From Candidatus Marinacidobacterium sp. (GTDB lineage: Bacteria > Acidobacteriota > Vicinamibacteria > Marinacidobacterales > Marinacidobacteraceae), in the NCBI GenBank assembly GCA_965220965.1, contig OZ244852.1, positions 2,016,001 through 2,080,000 on the forward strand: DNA of 64,000 nucleotides, written 5' to 3'. The notes below the pieces were generated by a model that saw only the letters and a program-made list of their open reading frames with translations, ran no database searches and was not told the DNA's origin. Shown piece by piece: positions 56,499 to 64,000 of this stretch (positions are counted from its first letter, which is position 1; every line of letters starts with the position of its first letter). A program made the position numbers and the translations under genes.

Positions 56499-58504
56499 CA
56501 GTGCTCCCGCTGGCGGCGATCGTCCGGGAGCGAGGTGAACTCGCCCGACTCGGCTTCCGGCGCCGGCAGCCGCAGGATGCGCATCAGGTCGAGCGCGTTC
56601 CCGTGGGGGAGCACCCCGTCCCGGAGCTGGTAGTCGAACTCCATCCGGCCGCCCGCGATCCGCTCGCGGAAGTGCATGTTCCTGACGCGCCCCGGAAGCT
56701 CGTGCTCGAGCTCGACGAGCGCCAGGTCGTGGGTCGTGAGGACCCCCACCGCGCCGCGCTGGGCCAGCTCGCGCACCAGGGCCTGCGCCGCCAGCCGCCG
56801 GTCGTTGGAGTTCGTGCCCTGGAGGACTTCGTCGAGAAGGAACAGAAGCGGCTCTTCCGCGGAGCCGGTGTCCAGAACGGCGCGGAGGGCGAGCAGTTCG
56901 GCGAGGAAGCGGGAGACGCCGTCCTGGAGCGAGTCGTGGACGGCGATCGAGGCGCCGAGAGCGAGGGGGCCGATCAGGAACCGGCTGGCCGCCACCGGGG
57001 CGCCCATCCGGGCGAGAACGAAGTTCGCGCCGATGGCCCGCAGGAGCGTGCTCTTGCCCGCCATGTTGGACCCGGTGACGACGAGCATTTCCGCCTCGCC
57101 GCGGCCGAGCTTCACCGAGTTGCGCTGCAGGCGCCCCTCCGGAATCAGCGGGTGCCCGAGGTGGAGGGCCTCGAGGCCGGGGACGTCGTCGAAATCGGCG
57201 AACACGTGGCCGGGGCGCTCCGCCGCGTACTGGGCCATGGCGAGGATCGCGTCGAACTCTCCCGCCGCCCGCCGCCAGTCCACCAGCGCGGCGCCGTGCC
57301 GCTCCCTCCAGCGGTCGAGCGCCCGCTCGTGATGGCTGCCCCAGAAACCGAACGCCGCAAAGGGGGCGAACATCGGGTTGCGTCGCCACTGCATCATCGT
57401 CTGCAGCCGCTGGAGCTTCCGGAGCGGAGCGGGCGCCTCGCTCAGGCGCTCGCCCAGCCGGCGGAGCAGAGGGGCCTCGAACTCCCCGGCGAGAAGGATC
57501 CGGGCGATCTCGAGCGTCGGCGCGGTTTCCCGGGCCACGTGCCGGACCGTCTGTTCGTGACGCCTCACCCGCGTCCGGTTCCACAGGCCGACGCCGACGG
57601 AGACCCACACCGGGACGACGAAGAACAGCGGCCCCGCAGCGCCGGTGAGCCAGGCCGCGAGCCCGCCCCCCATCGCGGCGGTCAGCAGCGTGAAGGCGGG
57701 GGTGAGCCAGCGCCTGATCTTCGGCGGAAGGGGCTGCGGAAAGGGGAACTGCGGCGCGTCGTCCCCCGCCCCGGGCGCGGTGGCCGGCGACCCGTCGGGA
57801 GGCGGCCCAAGCCAGGTCATGACCATGGCGAAGTCGGCGAGCGGCCAGGGGGTCAGCGCCCCGGTCTCCGCAACGGCGTCCCGGAGATCGCCGCGGGGGG
57901 TCAACTCGCGGATGGCGGCCTGTCGGGCGCGGGCCGCTTCGACCGGGGCGGGGTGGAGCATCCAGTCCGCCAGAACCTCGCCCCCGGCGTCGGTGCGCCA
58001 GTCGGCCAGCCGGTCGAAGAGCTGTCCGATGCCGAACAGGTCGAGATGCCGGTCGAGCCCCGGCTTGCCGAGCTGGCGGATCCGGCGGTTCCGCTCCGCG
58101 AGCCGCTCCTCGTCGCGCCGGTCGAGCTGCCGGACCGGCGCCTCCCCGGTCCGGAGGACATCCTCCGGCTTCGCCTCGTCGACTTCCTCTTCGTCGTCCC
58201 GGTCGACCCGCTTCGCCGCCCGGTGGTAGAGCTCGGCGACGTGCTGACGGCGAATGGCCTGCCGAAGCACCCGGTCGTGCTGAACCGCAATCGCCACAAA
58301 CGAGGCGAGCGGCAGGAGCAGGACCCACCACAGGGTCCAGTCGGTCCGCAGCCCGAGCGCCATGCCGACACCCAGGGCCACGACCAGAACCCGCCCCCGG
58401 GAGAGCCACCGCCCGTGGCGGAAGAGCTTCTCGGCGCGACCCACTTCCTCGCGGGTGCGATCCCACCAGGAGTGGACCGGGTCCACGAACAGCGGCCGGC
58501 TCAT
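56498..58504 (-). CDS. Membrane-anchored MutS-related ATPase (domain V, no mismatch-binding or Smr domain)
   Basis: Two hydrophobic hairpins; LDLFG, HPLI, VTGSNMAGKSTLLR (Walker A), DSLQDGVSRFLAEL, LLDEVLQGTNS (Walker B), TTHD and FDYQLR.G. Confidence 0.88.
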   Translation of the reverse strand: MSRPLFVDPVHSWWDRTREEVGRAEKLFRHGRWLSRGRVLVVALGVGMALGLRTDWTLWWVLLLPLASFVAIAVQHDRVLRQAIRRQHVAELYHRAAKRVDRDDEEEVDEAKPEDVLRTGEAPVRQLDRRDEERLAERNRRIRQLGKPGLDRHLDLFGIGQLFDRLADWRTDAGGEVLADWMLHPAPVEAARARQAAIRELTPRGDLRDAVAETGALTPWPLADFAMVMTWLGPPPDGSPATAPGAGDDAPQFPFPQPLPPKIRRWLTPAFTLLTAAMGGGLAAWLTGAAGPLFFVVPVWVSVGVGLWNRTRVRRHEQTVRHVARETAPTLEIARILLAGEFEAPLLRRLGERLSEAPAPLRKLQRLQTMMQWRRNPMFAPFAAFGFWGSHHERALDRWRERHGAALVDWRRAAGEFDAILAMAQYAAERPGHVFADFDDVPGLEALHLGHPLIPEGRLQRNSVKLGRGEAEMLVVTGSNMAGKSTLLRAIGANFVLARMGAPVAASRFLIGPLALGASIAVHDSLQDGVSRFLAELLALRAVLDTGSAEEPLLFLLDEVLQGTNSNDRRLAAQALVRELAQRGAVGVLTTHDLALVELEHELPGRVRNMHFRERIAGGRMEFDYQLRDGVLPHGNALDLMRILRLPAPEAESGEFTSLPDDRRQREH

Positions 58505-59121
58505 TGGCTTCTCCGCGCCGCCACCCGGCCGATGGCCTGGCGGAACTGGGCTTCGAGGGTTTCGTCCGGGCTCTCGGAGAGGACCGAAGCGACGACCTCC
58601 TCGATCCGGCGGCGATCGGCGAACTGGAGGTTCATCAGCGCGCTCACCAGGTCCTGGCGCCGCAGATCGGCCGCCGAAGCCTCGGGTTCCGGGCCGCCGG
58701 GGGCGTCCGTGGCCAGATCGTCAGGCAGAGACTCCGCCAGCTCGGTGATCACCCGGCGGGCGATCCGCAGCCCGACGCCGGGCGCGCCCTGGAGGCGCTT
58801 CACGTCCTTCGCCCGGATCGCCTCGCGGAGGCGTCCCGGAGTCAGCGCGAGCAGATTCAGGGCGACCGCCGGTCCGACGCCGCTGATGCTCCGGAGCCGG
58901 TCGAACAGGTCCGCCTCCTCGGAACTCCCGAACCCGTAGAGCACGAACCCGTCGTCGCGATGGACCAGGGTCCGCGCCACCAGCGTGGCTTCCGCTCCCG
59001 GGCCGGGGAGGCGGGCTTCCGCCCCGGCGGATGTCTGGAGCCGGAACCCGACACCGCCGACCTCGAGGAGCACCGAGCCCTCGGAGGTCTCGACGACCGC
59101 GCCCCGGAGCCGCTCGATCAC
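58501..59121 (-). CDS. ruvA: Holliday junction branch migration protein RuvA
   Basis: MI..LRG, VGGVGF, LYGF...E..LF..L..ISGVGP..AL, PGVG...A.R...EL and SAL.NL.F. Confidence 0.93.
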   Translation of the reverse strand: MIERLRGAVVETSEGSVLLEVGGVGFRLQTSAGAEARLPGPGAEATLVARTLVHRDDGFVLYGFGSSEEADLFDRLRSISGVGPAVALNLLALTPGRLREAIRAKDVKRLQGAPGVGLRIARRVITELAESLPDDLATDAPGGPEPEASAADLRRQDLVSALMNLQFADRRRIEEVVASVLSESPDETLEAQFRQAIGRVAARRSQ

Positions 59122-59684
59122 CCTCTGCTCCCCGGCGCGACCGGCCGGGCCCGGGCGAGGCGCATCGCGGCCCGCCGGGCGTCGAGGTGGGTGACCGCCA
59201 CCGCGAGCGCGTCCGCCGCATCCTCCTGCGCGGGCGCCTCGGCGAGCCCGAGGCGCCGCGCCACCATGCGCGCCACCGCGGGTTTTTCCGCCGCGCCGTA
59301 GCCGGTGAGGGCCTGCTTCACCGCGCGCGGCGCGTACTCGGCGAGCCGCAGTCCCGAGAGCGCCACCAGCACCGCCCCCCGAGCGTGGCCCAGGGTCAGC
59401 GCCGAGCCCGCGCTCCGGGCGGAGAAGACCGACTCGACCGCCGCCTCCTCGGGGGTGAACCGCCCCACGACGTCCCGGACGCCGTCGTGGAGACGGCGGA
59501 GCCGATCCACCAGCGCCTCGCCCCGGGGACAGCGGACCACCCCGAAATCCACCGCCGTCAGACGGCCGTCAGTCTCCGAGACCACGCCCCAGCCGGTGAT
59601 CCGGGAGCCGGGATCCACGCCGAGCACGCGGAGGGTTTCGCCCGCCGCGCTCCCGTCGCCGTGGGGACCGTCCGCTGACTTCAG
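59118..59684 (-). CDS. ruvC: Crossover junction endodeoxyribonuclease RuvC
   Basis: LGVDPGS..TGWG, AVE..F, LGHARG, EYAP..VK..LTGYG.A.K and DAADALAVA..H. Start is either GTG 59627 or CTG 59684 (CTGA overlap with the yebC stop). Confidence 0.93.
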   Translation of the reverse strand: MKSADGPHGDGSAAGETLRVLGVDPGSRITGWGVVSETDGRLTAVDFGVVRCPRGEALVDRLRRLHDGVRDVVGRFTPEEAAVESVFSARSAGSALTLGHARGAVLVALSGLRLAEYAPRAVKQALTGYGAAEKPAVARMVARRLGLAEAPAQEDAADALAVAVTHLDARRAAMRLARARPVAPGSRG

Positions 59685-60427
59685 GAGGCGGCCTCGAGAT
59701 CGTCCTCGTCGAGGTCGCAGTTGGCCCAGACATGGGTCACGTCCTCGTGGTCCTCGAGCGCCTCGAGCAGCCGCAGGACGCGCGAAACATCGCCCCCCCG
59801 GACCTGAACGTGCTGGGTCGGGAGCATCGCGATCTCTTCGCTCTCGCGGGCGATCCCGTCGGCCTCGAGCGCGTCGCGCACCGCCCCGAAGGCCTCCGGC
59901 GGGGTGCGCACATCCCAGTGCTCTCCCTCGTCCAGCACGTCGTCGGCGCCGTGCGCCAGCACGAGCTCGATCAGGTCGTCCTCGGTGGCCTGGTCCTTGG
60001 GGATGAGGAACTGCCCCGCCTTCTCGAACATCCAGTTCACCGAACCGCTCTCGCCGAGGTTGCCGCCGTGCTTGGAGAACAGGTGGCGGACATCGCTCAC
60101 GGTGCGGTTTCGGTTGTCGGTGGCGGCCTGCACGAAGACCGCCACCCCTCCAGCGGCGTATCCCTCGTAGCTGGCGTCCTCCAGCCGGAACCCTTCGAGT
60201 TCGCCCGTCCCCTTCTTGACCGCCCGATCGATGCTGTCACGCGGCACGTTGCCGGCCTTGGCCTTCTCGACGGCGAGGCGCAGGCGGGGGTTGAACTGGA
60301 GGTCGCCGCCTCCGAGGCGGGCGGCCATCGTGACCTCCTTCAGGAGGCGGGTGAACGCCTTGCCCCGCTTCGCGTCGACGATCGCCTTCTTGTGGCGGAT
60401 CGAATGCCACTTGCTGTGTCCCGACAC
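59681..60427 (-). CDS. yebC: YebC/PmpR family protein
   Basis: SGHSKW.SIRHKK...DAKRGK, NPRLR, YEGY..GG, TDNRNRT, GSV.WMF and LEDHEDV..V..N. Confidence 0.95.
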   Translation of the reverse strand: MSGHSKWHSIRHKKAIVDAKRGKAFTRLLKEVTMAARLGGGDLQFNPRLRLAVEKAKAGNVPRDSIDRAVKKGTGELEGFRLEDASYEGYAAGGVAVFVQAATDNRNRTVSDVRHLFSKHGGNLGESGSVNWMFEKAGQFLIPKDQATEDDLIELVLAHGADDVLDEGEHWDVRTPPEAFGAVRDALEADGIARESEEIAMLPTQHVQVRGGDVSRVLRLLEALEDHEDVTHVWANCDLDEDDLEAAS

Positions 60428-60518
60428 GAAACGACGACGACTCCCTCACTCCGGCCCCGGGACGCGGCGGCGACACCGGACGGCCGGGCAGCATCCTACC
60501 CCACGTCGGAGCGCCCGA

Positions 60519-61346
60519 TCAGTCGTCGAAGACGAAGACCGGTTCGGCGTAGTACCGGACCCGGCCGGACCCGAAGCGGTCCGCCACCAGCGCCTCGAGG
60601 CGGCGGCGCTTCTCGGGCAACGGGATCGACATCTCGAGGAACGAGAGCGGAAGGTCGAGGCCGAGAACCCGGCGGGGCACGAGGAACCGGGTGATCCCCG
60701 AGGGCAGCAGCTCCCCGGCGGCGGCGGCCTCGCGAACCTCCTCGCGGGAGACCGGCTCGTATTCCAGCACGCCGCCGAACTCCGGATGGGCGCGCCGCAC
60801 CTCGTCGAGGTTCGCGTGGGAGATCCGCCCCACGCGGGCCCGGGGATGCGCGGCGAGGGCGCCGATCCGGCGGAGGGCGGCGGCCCGTTCCGGCGGCGCG
60901 TGCGGCCCGACGAACCCGAGGGCGCTTCCGTCCGGGCGGTGCAGACGGCAGAGCGCCGTCTCCCCCGGACGCGGTTCGTCCGACTTCCGGACGCCGGCGG
61001 GCGGCGCGGCCTCGAGAGCCTCGGCCTCGCGGCGACGGATGACGTGGTTCCACTGCTTCAGGTCCAGGCCCGGATCATCGAGGCGCTCGGTCTGCACCAG
61101 CGCGTGCGGGACCCCCATGCGCGCGAGCGCCGCCACCCGGTTCGCCCCGTCGAGCAGCAGGCGAGCGCTCCCCCGGTCGCGCGCCACGATCGGCGGGTTG
61201 CGCAGCACCCGGTCGGCGCCCAGCCGTTCGATGAGGGCCGCGACCCGGGCGAGATCCACTTCCTCGTGGAACCGGATGGCCCGGACCGGCAGAACCTCGA
61301 GAGTCGGAATGGCCTCCCCGCCGGGGAGGCCGGACGGTCCCGCCAC
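60519..61346 (-). CDS. ParB/Srx-fold protein resembling full-length SbnI (free L-serine kinase)
   Basis: FHEE, NPPIV, LLDGANR, VQ, WNH, YEPVS.EEV.....GELLPSGITRF....R.L.L..PL..L and C-terminal RYYAEPVFV. Collinear with S. aureus SbnI motifs as I recall them. Confidence 0.7.
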   Translation of the reverse strand: MAGPSGLPGGEAIPTLEVLPVRAIRFHEEVDLARVAALIERLGADRVLRNPPIVARDRGSARLLLDGANRVAALARMGVPHALVQTERLDDPGLDLKQWNHVIRRREAEALEAAPPAGVRKSDEPRPGETALCRLHRPDGSALGFVGPHAPPERAAALRRIGALAAHPRARVGRISHANLDEVRRAHPEFGGVLEYEPVSREEVREAAAAGELLPSGITRFLVPRRVLGLDLPLSFLEMSIPLPEKRRRLEALVADRFGSGRVRYYAEPVFVFDD

Positions 61347-61438
61347 GGCGGCGCGATTCTAGAGCGGCGCCCGGAAATCTCCGCAGGACCGGCTGGTAGC
61401 ATTCAGCGCCGGTCCGGCGCGCGCGCACATCACCGGAA

Positions 61439-62674
61439 ATGGTCTCCAGACTCCTCTCGTTGCGACTCGCCTGCGGGTTGCTTCTGTTCGCCGGGGCCTT
61501 GGGCCTCGCCGGCTGTTCGGGCGGCGGGGACGGAGTCCGGATCGGGGCGGCGCTCCCGCTCAGCGGAAAGCACGCGAACGTGGGCGGATTCCTCCGCAAC
61601 GGCTACGAACTGGCGGTCGCCGAGGTGAACGCCGCCGGAGGAATCGAGGTCGACGGCGCGAGACGGCCGGTGGAGCTGGTGGTCTACGACGACAAGAGCG
61701 ACGCGTCGATCTCACCCAGCCTCCTCGAGCGGCTCATCGCGGTGGACGGCGTCGCCGCCCTCCTCTCCGGCTACTCGACGCCCCTCGTCCAGGCGCAGGT
61801 CATCGTGCCGATGCGGCGCGGGGTCCCGTTCGTGAACGCCGGCGGCGCCTCACAGGCGATCTTCCGCGAGGGCAACGAGTGGGTCTTCGGGGCGCTGAGC
61901 CCGGTGGAGTCGCTGGCGCGGACCACGCTCGAGTGGCTCGTCTGGGAGCAGGACAACGACCGGCTTCCGGCGCCGCTGCGCATCGCGCTGGTCTGGCAGA
62001 ACACCGACCACGGACGGGAGTACCGCATCGGGGTCCAGTCGATCCTGGCGGACTACCCGGACCGGTTCACCGTGGTGCTCGACGAATCGTTCGAACACCT
62101 CTCCTCGGACCACACCTCGCTCATCGTGAAGGTCCGCTCGGTCGAGGCCGACGTGTTCCTCTCCGACGCGCACGAGCCCGACTTTCTGCTGCAGCACCGG
62201 GCCTACGTGGAGCAGGGGCTGAACCACATCGCGGTGAGCTACGGCGCCCGGGGGCCGGAGCGCTCGGTTCGCGAGGGCCTCGGCGACGCGGTCGCGCACC
62301 TGGTCTCGGCGCAGTGGTGGACCCGGGGCCTCCCCTACGAACGATCGCAGCGGTTCGTGGAGATGTACGAGCGGGAGTACGGCGGTCCGGTGGCCGAGTA
62401 CTACCCGGCGGTGGCCTACGAGGCCGCCCGCGGGCTCCTCGCCGCCATCGAGAGCGCCGGCTCGACGGAGCCGGCGGCGATCCGCGACGCGCTCATGGAG
62501 CTCGATCTGAGGGACTCGCTGCTGCCCGGCGAGCGACTTCACTTCCCGGCGGACACGCGCTACCAGATCCGCAACCGGTGCGTGATCGTCCAGAACCTGC
62601 CGGAAGGGGGCACCCGCATCGTCTTTCCGCCGGAAGCGGCGGACGGACCCGCCTACCTCGGCCCCGGGCCCTGA
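61439..62674 (+). CDS. Branched-chain amino acid-type ABC transporter substrate-binding lipoprotein
   Basis: Lipobox LAGC; IGAALPLSG, ELAV.EVNAAGG, YDDKSD and AIESAGSTEP.AIRDAL. Confidence 0.9.
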   Translation: MVSRLLSLRLACGLLLFAGALGLAGCSGGGDGVRIGAALPLSGKHANVGGFLRNGYELAVAEVNAAGGIEVDGARRPVELVVYDDKSDASISPSLLERLIAVDGVAALLSGYSTPLVQAQVIVPMRRGVPFVNAGGASQAIFREGNEWVFGALSPVESLARTTLEWLVWEQDNDRLPAPLRIALVWQNTDHGREYRIGVQSILADYPDRFTVVLDESFEHLSSDHTSLIVKVRSVEADVFLSDAHEPDFLLQHRAYVEQGLNHIAVSYGARGPERSVREGLGDAVAHLVSAQWWTRGLPYERSQRFVEMYEREYGGPVAEYYPAVAYEAARGLLAAIESAGSTEPAAIRDALMELDLRDSLLPGERLHFPADTRYQIRNRCVIVQNLPEGGTRIVFPPEAADGPAYLGPGP

Positions 62675-62797
62675 CTCCGCAGCGGCCGGGCGGACGCGGC
62701 CCCGGACTCCGGCGCCCGCATTCCCGGAGACGGGGGGCAGCCGCCCGGCTGACGGCCCCGCCGGGACAGTGCGCGGTCCCATCGGGGGGCGGACGCC

Positions 62798-63655
62798 GTG
62801 GTTGACCTCGTCTCGGTCCTGGCTTCCGGGATCCTGGTCGGGACCGTCTACGCCTACATGGCGTACGGGCTGGGGCTGATCTACGGAGTCCTGCGGGTCG
62901 TCAACCTCGCTCACGGCGCGTTCCTGACGCTCGGGGTCTATGTCACCTGGTGGCTCCACGCGACCTTCGGGCTGGACCCGCTGGTGTCGCTGCTGGTCAC
63001 CGTCCCGCTGGGGTTCCTGCTCGGCGCCGGCGTGGAGCGGACGCTGGTGTTCCGCCTCCGCGACAGCCCTCCGGTCACGACGCTGCTGCTGCTCTTCGGC
63101 GTCTGGCTCATCGTGCGCAACGTGCTTTACCTGGTGTTCGGAGGGGCGGACCGCTCGCTGCTGACGAGCTATTCGCTGGAGTCGATCGCGCTCGGGCCGG
63201 TCACCCTGAGCATCCCGCGGCTTGTCGTCTCGGCCTTCTCGCTTCTGGGGTTCGTGGCGCTCGCCTTCCTTCTGAAGCGCACCTGGGCGGGGCTCGCGCT
63301 CCGCGCGGTGGCGCAGGACCGGGAGTCGGCGGCGCTCTCCGGAGTCCCGGTGGACCGGGTGTGGGCCACCGCCTTCGGGATCGGCTCGGCGCTCGCGATG
63401 TCCGCCGGGAGCCTGATGTCGCTCTTCTATTCGGTCACGCCCGAGTTCGGCGCGCGGTTCCTGCTGAAGAGCTTCTGCGTCGTCGTGCTCGGCGGGCTCA
63501 CGAACATCGGCGGCATCCTGATCGCGGGCATCGGCCTTGGCGTCGCGGAGGACCTGACCGCCTTCTACATCCACACCGGCTACCGGGACGTCGTGAGCTT
63601 CCTCGTGCTGGTCGCCGCGCTCGTCATGCGACGCGTCGACGCCGAAGGCGGGTAA
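62798..63655 (+). CDS. Branched-chain amino acid ABC permease (LivH-like)
   Basis: G.VYA.MA.GL.LIYGV..VVNLAHG, G.ALRAVAQDRE.A.L.G and VVLGGL. Confidence 0.92.
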   Translation: MVDLVSVLASGILVGTVYAYMAYGLGLIYGVLRVVNLAHGAFLTLGVYVTWWLHATFGLDPLVSLLVTVPLGFLLGAGVERTLVFRLRDSPPVTTLLLLFGVWLIVRNVLYLVFGGADRSLLTSYSLESIALGPVTLSIPRLVVSAFSLLGFVALAFLLKRTWAGLALRAVAQDRESAALSGVPVDRVWATAFGIGSALAMSAGSLMSLFYSVTPEFGARFLLKSFCVVVLGGLTNIGGILIAGIGLGVAEDLTAFYIHTGYRDVVSFLVLVAALVMRRVDAEGG

Positions 63656-63658
63656 CGC

Positions 63659-64000
63659 GTGGAGCTCCCCGTGTCCCGCCGGGTCACCCGGACCGCCGTC
63701 GCGCTGCTCGCGCTCGCCCTGGCGGCGCCGCTGCTGACCGCGAATCCCTACGCCGCTCGACTGGCGCAGCTCCTGTTCCTGAACGTGCTCCTCGCGAGCG
63801 CCTGGAACCTCGTCGGGGGGTTCGCCGGGCAGATCTCCTTCGGCAACGCCTCGCTCTTCGGCGTCGGGGCCTACGCCACCTCGCTTCTGTGGCTCTCCGG
63901 GATGCATCCGTTCCTGACGCTGCCGGTCGCGGCCGTCGCGGCGGCGCTCTTCGGCGTCCTCTGGGGGTGGCCCTGCCTTCGCCTGCGCGGGCCCTATTTC
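63659..64000 (+). CDS. Branched-chain amino acid ABC permease (LivM-like), runs off window
   Basis: GTG 63659; translates to ...LASAWNLVGGFAGQISFGNASLFGVGAY...PCLRLRGPYF. Confidence 0.85.
   Translation, partial: MELPVSRRVTRTAVALLALALAAPLLTANPYAARLAQLLFLNVLLASAWNLVGGFAGQISFGNASLFGVGAYATSLLWLSGMHPFLTLPVAAVAAALFGVLWGWPCLRLRGPYF

Noticed and set aside
56498-58504. Canonical mismatch-repair MutS1 or MutS2
   Set aside because: It is too short for MutS1, has TM segments, and shows no mismatch-recognition domain or C-terminal Smr domain.
60519-61346. Chromosome-partitioning ParB
   Set aside because: There is no GERRxRA motif, no HTH and no adjacent parA; the C-terminus fits SbnI better.
62675-62797. 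GC-rich spacer between the ABC binding protein and permease as possible ncRNA
   Set aside because: No recognisable RNA family motif; at most an mRNA-stabilising structure.
721-63907. Many long alternative-frame or antisense ORFs in the track (e.g. 8464-11022 +, 26014-28731 -, 38700-41906 -, 51349-54033 +, 61850-63907 -)
   Set aside because: They are R/G/P/A-rich or antisense mirrors of well-supported genes and carry no family motifs. Such shadow ORFs are expected in very GC-rich DNA.
1-64000. CRISPR array, tRNA/rRNA, IS element, integrase or prophage
   Set aside because: I saw no regularly spaced repeats, tRNA cloverleaf signatures, transposase/integrase motifs or phage genes, and the intergenic gaps are short. 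An Infernal/tRNAscan/ISEScan run would be the decisive check.

Overview
Very GC-rich, densely coding bacterial chromosomal window with about 55 genes. I found no rRNA, tRNA, CRISPR array, transposase or phage structural genes. An ADOP-type duplicated permease, a VPS10/BNR hydrolase, a PIG-L/NEW3 protein and many exported hydrolases suggest Acidobacteriota; this and a possibly host-associated lifestyle are inferences. Housekeeping blocks: trpS-scpA-scpB-rluB::cmk (fused), uvrC, dtd, glcDEF, an acyl-CoA carboxylase/AtuA/hydratase cluster, yebC-ruvC-ruvA-[membrane MutS-like ATPase]-ruvB-queA, and the start of a liv-type ABC transporter. Toxin-antitoxin genes are scattered between them: one intact hipBA and several antitoxins without a toxin. 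Most notable: (i) a transmembrane MutS-domain-V ATPase translationally coupled between ruvA and ruvB; (ii) a full-length SbnI-like serine kinase homologue with no siderophore genes nearby; (iii) tandem D-cysteine desulfhydrase/CuyA-family paralogues with a QSNH->QSNW change, one carrying a lipoprotein signal; (iv) a PIG-L deacetylase / 45-aa membrane peptide / SSS symporter module; (v) repeated TANNNT boxes 8-11 nt from SD-less start codons, plus two probable CTG starts. All product calls come from motif recognition by eye, with no database search. Many of the long ORFs in the supplied track are high-GC shadow ORFs.
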